A stretch of DNA of 64,000 bases from a virus. Lineage: Duplodnaviria > Caudoviricetes. The position numbers were made by a program, and so were the translations under genes. This document shows positions 46,981 through 56,673 of the stretch, piece by piece; the stretch's first letter is position 1, and each line of letters opens with the position of its first letter. The notes beneath the pieces were generated by a model, which was given only the letters and a program-made list of their open reading frames with translations, was not told the DNA's origin and did not search any database. The DNA is taken from IMG/VR virus record IMGVR_UViG_3300026549_000079, positions 3,931 to 67,930 of that record, one strand, 5' to 3'.

Positions 46981-48297
46981 ATGTTTATACAACCTAAACC
47001 ATATATAGATAAATTTAAAATAAGACACCAGGCATACGGTGTCGAGAGGAGGCGTAATATGTCTAAAATCATACTTGAAAACCAGACATATTTGCCGAAA
47101 ACAATAGAATACTCAGATATTGACCAGGAAATGTTCAATTGGGTTGATAAACATATTGACCTTGCATATGATGGAGTAAGACTTCCCACCTATAAGCTAT
47201 ATTCAACACAAAGATTATCTGAATACACCCAGACTTGGAACCAAACGGATGATTTTGGAAATATTATCATGAATTTCAAGACGATAACAAGGGAGAATAA
47301 CCCTCAGAGTGGTGATATAAATGGTGGATATTATAACATACCAGGACATAAGGATTTTGCTATGTTCTATGTCCCAGTACTACAGGAAAATGGGACTGAG
47401 GCATATGACAAATATACAATGAAACAGCCATTTGGTGTCGATTTCATGTATTCAATATCTATCATTACCAATAAGATGGAAGTGCTTAATGAAATGAATG
47501 AGAAGATGCATTATGAATTTAATGCAATTAACTGTTATATTGCACCAAACGGACACCCGATGTCAATGACCCTTGAAGATGTCTCAGATGATTCAGAATA
47601 TACAATAGATGACCGTAAATATTATTCACAGACCTATAAAGTAAAGGTGAGGGGTTATATCATAAGGAAAGAAGACTTTTCGGTTGAAAGGATTCCTTCA
47701 AGGTTTGTTATCGGCACACATGATTCAGATGCGGCTGGAATTGTCAACAAGAGAGGAAGAAACAGAGATAAAACGGATAGGGTAGATTTCTTCAAGGAAG
47801 ATTATGATGATACAAGGAGATTTGAACTTGACGTAATGGAAAATGATGATAACTGTTACATAACAATAGTTGAAGAGACAGAAAAACCTACGGTTATTTC
47901 AGATGACCCTGGAGACAATGATGATTGTTGTATAAACGGACTTCCAAGATATAGATATAAGACAGTTAAGGTTATAATGGGCTTTGATGAGTGTACCCTT
48001 GAAATGTCGTTCGAGATGGATAAGAAAATAGTCGTTGAGACGGTTGAAACGACAAATGTACATGATTTCAGGATATTCATTAATGATGAACTAATGGACT
48101 TGGATAATGAGATAACAATTTTAAAGGGGGATAATGTTTTGGTGAAAATATCAAGGGAAGATATTCACGGTGTTTCTGAATTTATTTTGGTTGGTTACGA
48201 CCCAGAGTCCGTTATTGATAATGAAAAACTGGCTGAAACATCACTTGATGAGCCTTATGATGAGGAACATATAATAGTGGAACCAGACAATGAATAA
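46981..48297 (+). CDS. Putative tail completion / sheath stabiliser or neck protein
   Basis: LPKTIEYSDID..., QPFGVDFMYSISII...LNEMNE, NGHPM..LEDVSD and YSQTY.VKVRGYI patterns; located upstream of the sheath gene. Confidence 0.5.
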   Translation: MFIQPKPYIDKFKIRHQAYGVERRRNMSKIILENQTYLPKTIEYSDIDQEMFNWVDKHIDLAYDGVRLPTYKLYSTQRLSEYTQTWNQTDDFGNIIMNFKTITRENNPQSGDINGGYYNIPGHKDFAMFYVPVLQENGTEAYDKYTMKQPFGVDFMYSISIITNKMEVLNEMNEKMHYEFNAINCYIAPNGHPMSMTLEDVSDDSEYTIDDRKYYSQTYKVKVRGYIIRKEDFSVERIPSRFVIGTHDSDAAGIVNKRGRNRDKTDRVDFFKEDYDDTRRFELDVMENDDNCYITIVEETEKPTVISDDPGDNDDCCINGLPRYRYKTVKVIMGFDECTLEMSFEMDKKIVVETVETTNVHDFRIFINDELMDLDNEITILKGDNVLVKISREDIHGVSEFILVGYDPESVIDNEKLAETSLDEPYDEEHIIVEPDNE

Positions 48298-48320
48298 TAA
48301 ATGTAAAATGGAGTAAAAAT

Positions 48321-49655
48321 ATGGAATATATTAAATTATTTGAAAACCACACCCAGTATGGCGAATATGCTGGGGGGGGGGGCATGCTCAAGCCTAACGT
48401 GAGCCACTGTGTTCAGGAAAATGAGGTACATTATAACCCACGCACATGGGCTGATGAGTACTTCACAACGGTTGCCAGAGAGAATGGCACTATCTCATTC
48501 AATATATGGAAATCAATGGGAACTGATATGATTACGTCTATCAGTTATTCAACTGATAACGGAGAAACATGGACAACAACCAATAATGCAAATGATAAAG
48601 AAGAAAACCTTGCCATTACAGTTAACGTAAGTGAAGGTGACAAGGTAATGTGGAAGGGTGATGCAACACAATTGGGATTTCTGGATGAAGATGAAGGCGT
48701 TGGTTCATTTTTCTCATCCGATTGTGAGTTTGATGTTCAAGGAAACATAATGTCCTTGTTATATGGGGATGATTTCAAAGATAAAACAACAATTGAAAAT
48801 GAATATGAATTTGCTTGCTTGTTCTTTGTTTACGACGAAGAAAAGGCTTGTAAGGTAGTAAACACCAATAACCTTTCATTACCTGCTACTACATTGGCAA
48901 GTAACTGCTATCGTGGTATGTTCGCTAATTGTACAAGTCTTACAACGCCACCTAAGTTACCTGCAACAACATTGACATATAGTTGTTATACTAGTATGTT
49001 CGAAGGTTGCACTAGTTTAACCACAGCGCCTGAATTGCCTGCAACAGCATTAGCAAATTATTGTTATGAATCTATGTTCTATGGCTGTACAAACTTAGCC
49101 AAAGCGCCTGAGTTGTCTGCAACAACATTGGCGGCTTATTGTTATCATCATATGTTCGAAGGTTGCACAAGCCTAACTACAGCACCTGTGTTACCAGCTA
49201 CCACATTGGCAGATAGTTGTTATAGTGGTATGTTCAATGGTTGTACAAGCCTGACAACAGCACCTGAGTTACCTACTACAACATTGGCAGATAATTGTTA
49301 TTTAAATATGTTCTACAATTGTATTAAACTTGCAACAGCCCCTGCGTTACCTGCTACTACATTGGCAAGTAACTGCTATCGTGGTATGTTTGGTGGTTGT
49401 ACAAGCCTAACAACAGCACCTGAATTACCCGCAACAATATTGACAAGTTATTGTTATCAAGGAATGTTCGGTGATTGTACAAGTCTTAACTACATTAAGG
49501 CAATGTTCACAACAACACCAAGCACAACATATACACGAGATTGGGTCAATGGTGTCGCATCAAGCGGTACGTTTGTAAAGAACAGTGCTGCAACGTGGAA
49601 TGTAAGTGGTGTTAATGGCATTCCAAATGGATGGACAGTCCAAAACGCATCTTAA
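48321..49655 (+). CDS. BspA-like leucine-rich repeat protein (8 repeats of 26 aa) with a G11 tract at codons 18-21
   Basis: Paralog of 11237..13021: same leader (YIKLFENH...PNVSHC.QENEVHY), repeats and C-cap. Confidence 0.85.
   Translation: MEYIKLFENHTQYGEYAGGGGMLKPNVSHCVQENEVHYNPRTWADEYFTTVARENGTISFNIWKSMGTDMITSISYSTDNGETWTTTNNANDKEENLAITVNVSEGDKVMWKGDATQLGFLDEDEGVGSFFSSDCEFDVQGNIMSLLYGDDFKDKTTIENEYEFACLFFVYDEEKACKVVNTNNLSLPATTLASNCYRGMFANCTSLTTPPKLPATTLTYSCYTSMFEGCTSLTTAPELPATALANYCYESMFYGCTNLAKAPELSATTLAAYCYHHMFEGCTSLTTAPVLPATTLADSCYSGMFNGCTSLTTAPELPTTTLADNCYLNMFYNCIKLATAPALPATTLASNCYRGMFGGCTSLTTAPELPATILTSYCYQGMFGDCTSLNYIKAMFTTTPSTTYTRDWVNGVASSGTFVKNSAATWNVSGVNGIPNGWTVQNAS
48372..48382 (+). 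repeat. Homopolymeric G11 tract
   Basis: gct GGGGGGGGGGG c atg; I saw no comparably long G/C run elsewhere in the window. Confidence 0.9.
48870..49490 (+). repeat. Tandem 78-bp coding repeats (8 units)
   Basis: Same scaffold as 11753..12842. Confidence 0.95.
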
Positions 49656-49705
49656 TAAAACAATATAATTTCTAAAAAATAACTTAAAAAAAAATATTAA
49701 ACACA

Positions 49706-50368
49706 ATGAAACAACTTTCAAAGTATTACATTAATCAGGCTTATTTCGTCAAGGAAGGTGTAGTATATGACATTAAGAAGGCATATACTGGAAACGACGC
49801 TTGTGCTAATAAGGCAGAAAAAATCGCAGATAAGCTCCCAGTCATTAAAGTGACAAACAATGAAACCAGCGCTGTGACGACCTATTATCTTGATTCTTTT
49901 ATTGCTGACGGTGACAAGTTTAACGGAACTGTTTTCAAGAAGACGAAGCATTCTGAAACAGAAGAGGAAGAAATCACAATGCAGGCATATTTCAATGAAC
50001 TTGTTGAGGAAGAGATTTCAGCCTTGATAAAGACATATTTCACCAAGAGTTTTTCATGGTTTAATGACAACCTTGTTAGGCTTGGAATCCCAGCATATGC
50101 ATTAAAAGGAAAAGGTTTTAATGTGGAAGGTACTGAATTTGAACAGGTGGAATTTAACGAGGAGTATTTTAACGAGGCAAAATGCAAAGCAGTTAAGGAT
50201 GAAATAATCAGGAAGGCAAATGAAGTCCTTGACACTTATAAGTATGAATGGGTTAATGGAGAACCTGAGTTCGATGTACAACCCAAGGGTACGGAACCTG
50301 AACCACAAGCCCAAGAAGACGTTAATACGGATGTAGTTTCATCGGTGCAAGAGCCAGAAATATCATAG
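49706..50368 (+). CDS. Hypothetical protein
   Basis: 220-aa ORF. Confidence 0.6.
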   Translation: MKQLSKYYINQAYFVKEGVVYDIKKAYTGNDACANKAEKIADKLPVIKVTNNETSAVTTYYLDSFIADGDKFNGTVFKKTKHSETEEEEITMQAYFNELVEEEISALIKTYFTKSFSWFNDNLVRLGIPAYALKGKGFNVEGTEFEQVEFNEEYFNEAKCKAVKDEIIRKANEVLDTYKYEWVNGEPEFDVQPKGTEPEPQAQEDVNTDVVSSVQEPEIS

Positions 50369-50378
50369 GCTTTTTTAG

Positions 50379-50407
50379 TGGCTAATCGTTTTGATTAGCC
50401 ATTTTTT
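50379..50407 (+). terminator. Intrinsic terminator
   Basis: TGGCTAATC-GTTTT-GATTAGCCA-TTTTTT. Confidence 0.8.
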
Positions 50408-50430
50408 CTTTATTTTTTATAGAAAAAAAG

Positions 50431-50775
50431 ATGGAAAAATCATACATTACTGAAATAATGACGATAGAAAGATTGTTATTGGAAATTGAGGCTAGAGATA
50501 AATTTAATCTTTCATTCAACGATTCAATGAAGTTATATAACTTTTTAAGGGAAATTGGTGAGATTACCAATTTTTTCTTTTTAATACAAGAAGAATTTTC
50601 AAGGAAATATCAGGATGATGAAAAATTAAAGAGCTTTAAGAGTAAGATTATGTCTGAGAAGATAGATTTTGACATATCGGAATATGTTTCATTTATTGAC
50701 CATGTGTTACAAACAACTGATGATGAATATATCAAAACTCTTATATTAAGAAATCGCTTCTGGGTGCATAAATAG
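50431..50775 (+). CDS. Hypothetical helical protein
   Basis: 114-aa ORF. Confidence 0.55.
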   Translation: MEKSYITEIMTIERLLLEIEARDKFNLSFNDSMKLYNFLREIGEITNFFFLIQEEFSRKYQDDEKLKSFKSKIMSEKIDFDISEYVSFIDHVLQTTDDEYIKTLILRNRFWVHK

Positions 50776-50828
50776 TACATTTAAAGGAATTTTTCGTCGC
50801 CATAAATGAATTAATGAAACGAATTAGA

Positions 50829-50836
50829 TATTTATA
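50829..50836 (+). promoter_or_regulatory. TATTTATA motif (putative late promoter of the sheath gene)
   Basis: GATATTTATA 48 nt upstream of the ATG. Confidence 0.55.
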
Positions 50837-50883
50837 TAAAAATGTTAACAGGAAAATAATAAATTTTAAATATTGTAAAAATT

Positions 50884-53800
50884 ATGGCAGATAACGCTAG
50901 AGGAATTCATGTGTCTCCAGGCATCTATAGTAGAGAAATTGATATCAATTACGCAATACGTAGTCTTGGTATCACTACACTTGGTGTTGTGGGCGAAACA
51001 TTGAAAGGTCCTGCTTTCCAGCCAATGGATATTGCCAACTGGCGAGAGTATCAGGATGTTTTTGGAGGAACGAGCACAGAAAAATTTAAGGGTAGTCAGT
51101 ACCCAAAATACGAATTACCTTATATTGCTAAATCATTCTTATCCGAGAGTGAACAGCTTAAGGTTGTCCGTGTACTTGGTCTCAGCGGTTATAACGCTGG
51201 TCCTGCATGGATTGTGACAGCTAACGGTCAGGCAGTGGTGTTGCTTCGTTCCAGGGGTACTTATAAGCCCTATGAGACTGGTGCAACTGATGTATGTACT
51301 TGCGAACCTTCAAAGTATGATTCATTAAGGTATTTTGTCGGTGAGCCAATGCCAGACAAGAGCACGACAGATTGTCTTAGGAAGGAATACAACCTTAATG
51401 CGCTTGATATTAAGCCTTACATTCCAATTAGCAGCGATGGTGATGAATGTGACGGTTATAAGATTGATTCTGGTGAAGGAAACATGGAGATTTCACAGTA
51501 CAACCACGGAAGATTTAAGATTGTCGGCGTCTTCGGTTCGCATACATCAGAAGACGTTACCAGGATTATGGGTGGAAGACTGTTCGATGAGGGTTATTTT
51601 GAATATCCAGTGTCATTGAATCCTTTTGACAAGGAGTATATCCTTAACGTGCTTGGAACAAAACCTTACGACGGAGATGCATACGTCTTCGTAGAAAGTC
51701 TTTATGACGTTGCCCTTGACCAGGGTATTGCAGAGGGAAGGTTATCACAGATTGACAGTTCTCTTACAAGCTATCAGGTTTATCAGACAGCCGACTACTG
51801 TCACCATGAGCCAGTGGTGGGTCTTCTCTCAAAGCCATCCTCTACATTGAGAAGGAGAAATGTAGGTGAGAGGTATCTTGCAGACACAAATGCCGTAAAT
51901 CTTGGTATTACTTGTGTGGCATATAACTACAAGACTGGAAAGCCTTCTAGCCTGGACAATGAAAACAACCCAGTACAGGAAGAAGTTGTCCCTGGTCAGA
52001 TTTATACTGTCAAGCAGTACACGACAGCAGACGGAAAGAGACATTATTACTATTCATACTACACCGAGGAAAGTGTAAATGAGTTTATTGACGGATATGT
52101 TGCAAAAGGCAAGACCGTTGACCCAACAAACCTTTACGGAAACCTGTTATATGGTGGAACGAAGGGAATGGATAAGGCTTATAAGTTCGAGGACATAAAC
52201 GCAAAAGAGGTATGGGCTACGCTTGTTCTTAACACCTATAATGGTCTTTATTACAGAATGAATAAGGAGAAGAATGATGTTGCGTTCGTTGAGCTTGACC
52301 TTAACGACTATAAGTCAGCATACAGATATGCATCCACTCCTTGGATTGTTTCCAACCTGAAGGGTGACCATGACCACGTTGAAATCAACAAGTTGTTCAG
52401 ATTCCATACAATTTCAGATGGTAACAATGCGAACAATGAGGTTAAAATCTCAATTGAAAACATTCGTCCAGACGAAGGTACGTTTGATGTTGTCGTAAGA
52501 AACATCAACGATGGTGATGAATCGATAGTTCCACTTGAGAAGTTTACCAGATGTAATATGGTTCCTGGAGACAATAACTATATTGCATTCAAGATTGGTT
52601 CGTTTGATGGTGTATACGAAACAAAATCAAAATATATAGCCGTTGAGGTTAATGATTCAACAGCCGCAAGAATGTCCGTTCCTGCTGGTTTCCTCGGTTA
52701 TCCAATTCCTAATTATGGAGGTTTGCAGATTAAGGATGACGAGACGAACGACAACAGCAATGTAACATTCCCAACGCTTGCTTACAATAGGTTCTTTGAC
52801 CCAGACATCAAGAACAGGAAGCAGTACTTCGGTCTTTCTTCATGGGTAGGTGTTGACATTGACAACTTTATGTTCAAGGGAAACAAGGCTTACATCAATG
52901 ACCCAAGATTCATGTCAAACGGTTTCCACCTTGATTCAAGGCTTGATGAGACAAATGGAGGACTTGCTGCAAGCGGTATTACCGTTGATGGCGAACATGG
53001 TTATAAGTTCGAGTGTGTTTCAACCAACTCAAGAACCAGCACGCTTACTGAGCCACCTATCATTGGTACAGAGGAAGAAATGTATGGTTCAATCTATGAG
53101 TATGTGAACCTTCGTAAATTTACTGTTTACTTCTATGGAGGTTTTGACGGATGGGATGATTACAGAGACCAGAGAACCAATACGGATGATTACAAGATGT
53201 CACAATATAGAGGTTTCATCAACCAGGGAAGCGGTGAAGGCTATGCATTCAACAGAATTAAAGACCCATCACTTCTTAAGCTCAACCAGAATGGTATTAC
53301 GTCTGACTGGTACGCATATCTGAGCGGTATTAGACAATTCTCAATCCCAGAGGAAACTGACATTAACGTGTTTGCAACTCCAGGTATTGACTACGTTAAC
53401 CAGAAACTTCTTGTTGAAGAGGCTATTGAGATGATTGAGGAAGAAAGAGCCGACAGTATTTATGTGGTGACAACCCCAGATAAGCCAAGCGGTGCTGGTG
53501 ATTATGTTGATGAAATGTACACCCCAGATGATGCAGTAGCAAATCTTGAAGATTCTGAAATAGATTCAAACTACACTTGCACATATTATCCTTGGGTTAA
53601 GTATCTTGATATTGACAATAACCAGTATATTTACCTGCCAGCAACAAAGGACGCCGTCAGGAATTTTGCTCAGACCGACAACACGACATGGCCTTGGTTT
53701 GCTCCAGCTGGTATTTCACGTGGTTCTGTTGATTGTGTAAGGGCACACTTCATTACAAAGATTGCTGACGAAGATACTCTGTATGACGGAAGGATTAACC

Positions 53801-54186
53801 CAATTAAGACGTTTGCGAGTGACGGACCAAAGATTTGGGGTCAGAAGAACCTTCAGATTAACGAGTCACAGCTCAATAGAATCGCCGTTCGTAGGCTGCT
53901 GCTTAGAATGAGGAAGCTGATTTCAATCTCTTGTATCGGTCTCATCTTCCAGCCTAACGACCCAACGGTTAAGCAGTCGTTTATCTCCACCGTTACTCCA
54001 ATTATGGAGAACATCAGGAGCAACAGGGGTATCTCAGACTTTAAGATTGAAGTTAATGACACTGTTGAGAGCCGTGAACGTAGAGAACTTCCTGCGAAGA
54101 TATACTTTAAGCCATATAACGCATTAGAGTACATTGTAATCGATTTTGTTTTGACACCTGAGGGTATTTCGTTCGATGATATTTAA
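50884..54186 (+). CDS. Tail sheath protein (T4 gp18-like, enlarged)
   Basis: SPGIYSREID...GVVGETLKGPAFQP, FYGGFDG, INVFATPG, TYYPWV, WFAPAG..RG, RINPI, GQKNLQ..SQLNRIAVRRLL and KIYFKP..ALEYIVIDF motifs. Confidence 0.95.
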   Translation: MADNARGIHVSPGIYSREIDINYAIRSLGITTLGVVGETLKGPAFQPMDIANWREYQDVFGGTSTEKFKGSQYPKYELPYIAKSFLSESEQLKVVRVLGLSGYNAGPAWIVTANGQAVVLLRSRGTYKPYETGATDVCTCEPSKYDSLRYFVGEPMPDKSTTDCLRKEYNLNALDIKPYIPISSDGDECDGYKIDSGEGNMEISQYNHGRFKIVGVFGSHTSEDVTRIMGGRLFDEGYFEYPVSLNPFDKEYILNVLGTKPYDGDAYVFVESLYDVALDQGIAEGRLSQIDSSLTSYQVYQTADYCHHEPVVGLLSKPSSTLRRRNVGERYLADTNAVNLGITCVAYNYKTGKPSSLDNENNPVQEEVVPGQIYTVKQYTTADGKRHYYYSYYTEESVNEFIDGYVAKGKTVDPTNLYGNLLYGGTKGMDKAYKFEDINAKEVWATLVLNTYNGLYYRMNKEKNDVAFVELDLNDYKSAYRYASTPWIVSNLKGDHDHVEINKLFRFHTISDGNNANNEVKISIENIRPDEGTFDVVVRNINDGDESIVPLEKFTRCNMVPGDNNYIAFKIGSFDGVYETKSKYIAVEVNDSTAARMSVPAGFLGYPIPNYGGLQIKDDETNDNSNVTFPTLAYNRFFDPDIKNRKQYFGLSSWVGVDIDNFMFKGNKAYINDPRFMSNGFHLDSRLDETNGGLAASGITVDGEHGYKFECVSTNSRTSTLTEPPIIGTEEEMYGSIYEYVNLRKFTVYFYGGFDGWDDYRDQRTNTDDYKMSQYRGFINQGSGEGYAFNRIKDPSLLKLNQNGITSDWYAYLSGIRQFSIPEETDINVFATPGIDYVNQKLLVEEAIEMIEEERADSIYVVTTPDKPSGAGDYVDEMYTPDDAVANLEDSEIDSNYTCTYYPWVKYLDIDNNQYIYLPATKDAVRNFAQTDNTTWPWFAPAGISRGSVDCVRAHFITKIADEDTLYDGRINPIKTFASDGPKIWGQKNLQINESQLNRIAVRRLLLRMRKLISISCIGLIFQPNDPTVKQSFISTVTPIMENIRSNRGISDFKIEVNDTVESRERRELPAKIYFKPYNALEYIVIDFVLTPEGISFDDI

Positions 54187-54207
54187 TTGATTATCAAGTA
54201 CTTACAT

Positions 54208-54246
54208 AAAATGGTAAACATTGAAAAATGTTTACCATTTTTTTTT
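54208..54246. terminator. Bidirectional terminator
   Basis: AAATGGTAAACAT-TGAAAA-ATGTTTACCATTT-TTTTT. Confidence 0.85.
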
Positions 54247-55901
54247 TATTGTTTTATTTGTGATTTCCATATATAACACTTGCAACCGCAGTCATATATT
54301 CGTTTTATCCCTCTTTCCTGCATAATTTCACGTTCTGACTTGTCTTTGTCGTATCCGTCCTTCACAAGTTCTGATTTCCTGTATTTAAATCTGTTTTGTC
54401 TGTTATTGCCTTCCACATAGTAATAGTTCGGTTGTGAATTATGATGGAATTTGAAACCCAATATTCCGTATAAGGCACCCACACTCCATCTTCTGTCACA
54501 ATATGACGTTATCGTGGTTGGACTATATTCTTCCAGAAAATACTTGAACAGTTTGCTTGCGCCACCAATAATTCTTGTATTGATTTTATTACAGAACCTC
54601 AATAATTCATATTCCCCTTCTGAATATGTTTTTTTACCGAGGTTTATTCTAGGTTTGCCGAAGCACATCAACGATACGAGCTCACCATTGTAATATAATC
54701 CAATGTCAATTGATGATGCAATGTTACCCTGTATATGGTTTTCATTGAGAAACTTTTTCTTTTCCTCCTTATCAGCCATTCCTATTAAACATTTTCTGGC
54801 ATATACAGTATCTTCTGTCATACCCAGTAGATTCCTAAGCATGCTTTTTATTATTTCCTTCTTGTCACGCCATTCATCCTCGAATATATGAATTAACCTT
54901 ATACCTTTCTCTTCACAGTCATTCGTCTTCTTTAGGTGGTAATCCTTGTCTTTATATGCTTCGGAATGCCAATAAAGCCCGTCATACTCTATACCTACTT
55001 TTTTTAATGGAACAAATATGTCTATTTCTTTACCGTCAAGAACTTTCTTATCTTTTGTAATCGTGTCAAAACCAAGTCCGATTATGAATTCGTTAATCTC
55101 ATCCTCTGCATTTGACATATTATTTCCACATCTCTGGCATCCGTGCCCGTTAAGGTGGTCATTTGCCCTTTGGACAAAGTCACCGTGAATCGGGCATGTT
55201 ATTACAAGATTATTATACGCCCCAGTGTATATTGTCTTCTTATAATCGTATTTCCCTCCGTGTATCTTATTCGCCTTTTCCTTAAACTCTTCAGTTGTCA
55301 TCGTCTTATTCTCAGCCCTCTTTACAACCCCGCACTTAGGACATCCCTGTCCAATCAGATGTTTTGCTGGAGTTTGCCAGAACTCACCGTGTTCTGGGCA
55401 TATGATGCAGACCTTTTTGTCGCTCCTTTCATATTTCACTAATGAATAGTCGTATTTTTTTCCATGTTTATCAATAAAGCGTGATATGACCTCATCATTT
55501 GTAAGCCCCCTTCCTTTACACTTCGGGCAACCCTGACCATTGAGGTGCGCCATTGGGGTCATCCAGAAAGTACCGTGTTCAAGACAAAGAATCGGAACCT
55601 TTGTCATTGCATTCACATACGACGTCCTGTCGTATATGTATTTTCCACCATGAATTATGTTTGCCCTTTCTATAAACTCGTCAATATTGCTCCTGAATGC
55701 ATTCCCTCTCTTTATATTTGCACATTTAGGACAACCGTTTCCCCTTACATGCGCCTGAGGTGTCTGCCAGAATTCACCGTGTTCAGGGCATATGATGCAG
55801 ACCTTTGTTAAGCTATCAGTATATTCTACTTTGGAGTAGTCATATTTGTTTCCGTGCTTCTTTATCGCCTTGTCTATAAACCTCTTTTTCTTATCAACCA
55901 T
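54246..55901 (-). mobile_element. Free-standing homing endonuclease-like gene (4 Zn-finger repeats + PD-(D/E)XK/Vsr-like nuclease + YARKC Hef-like domain)
   Basis: 4x HGxKYDY...CPxHG.F...H..G.GCPKC; EIDIFVP..KVGIEYDGLYWHS; IHIFEDEW; VYARKC; ELLRFC; SYCDRRWS; IYDCG. Confidence 0.8.
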
Positions 55902-55935
55902 ATTATGTTTTACCTATAAATATCTTTTCCATCTA

Positions 55936-55967
55936 CAAATATATGGATTTTTTTTCATAAAAGCAAT
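55936..55967 (-). promoter_or_regulatory. Bacteroidota sigma-A type promoter of the endonuclease gene
   Basis: Minus strand ATTG-N20-TATATTTG; a GATATTTATA motif follows (TATTTATA core at 55915-55922). Confidence 0.7.
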
Positions 55968-56054
55968 TTTTTTCGTTAAAAAAATGAAAATCATTGTATT
56001 TATTTGTAAACTCGAAAAAGAGTTGTAAATAATTTAGATTAAAAAAATATTATC

Positions 56055-56543
56055 ATGAGTGACCTTCTAATGAAAATGCCATTAAACTATGAGCCTCTGA
56101 GGAAAAATAGATGGCTATTGAGATTTCCAGCTGACTTAGGTATTCAGGAGTGGTGGTGTGAAAGTGCAAAGCGTCCAAGTATCAAACAGGAAGGAAAGGA
56201 AATTCCGTTCCTTAACACATCAACGTATGTTGTAGGTCGTTATACCTGGGATGAGATACAAGTTGCTCTTCGTGACCCAATCGGTCCTTCTGCTTCACAG
56301 GCAATTATGGAGTGGGTGCGTCTGCATTCTGAGTCTGTTACTGGACGTCAGGGCTACGCAGCAGGCTACAAGCGCGATGTTGAACTTGAGATGCTTGACC
56401 CAACTGGTGTTGTTGTATCGAAATGGATATTGAAGAATGCGTTTATTACGAGTGCTGACTTCGGAGACCTTAACTATTCACAGGATGACCTTGCAACGAT
56501 TCAAATTACGCTTCGTATGGACTACTGTATCTTAGCATACTAA
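56055..56543 (+). CDS. Tail tube protein (T4 gp19-like)
   Basis: YEPLRKNRWLLRF...IPFLNTSTYVVGRYTWDEI.V.LRDPIGPS...EW...GYKRDVELEMLDPTG.VV.KWIL....I.SADFGDL.Y. Confidence 0.92.
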   Translation: MSDLLMKMPLNYEPLRKNRWLLRFPADLGIQEWWCESAKRPSIKQEGKEIPFLNTSTYVVGRYTWDEIQVALRDPIGPSASQAIMEWVRLHSESVTGRQGYAAGYKRDVELEMLDPTGVVVSKWILKNAFITSADFGDLNYSQDDLATIQITLRMDYCILAY

Positions 56544-56567
56544 TAATCAATTAGTTACAGAGATGCT

Positions 56568-56607
56568 AAAAGTGTCAGGATTTTAAATGAATCCTGGCAT
56601 TTTTTTT
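56568..56607 (+). terminator. Intrinsic terminator
   Basis: AAAAGTGTCAGGATT-TTAAATG-AATCCTGGCATTTTTTTT. Confidence 0.8.
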
Positions 56608-56636
56608 GTTTATGTGGATATTTATTTATGTAATAA

Positions 56637-56669
56637 TTTGTTTTTTTAAAGGAATTTTTAATATATTTG
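56637..56669 (+). promoter_or_regulatory. Bacteroidota sigma-A type promoter of the second endonuclease gene
   Basis: TTTG-N21-TATATTTG; preceded by GATATTTATT (TATTTATT core at 56619-56626). Confidence 0.65.
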
Positions 56670-56673
56670 TACT

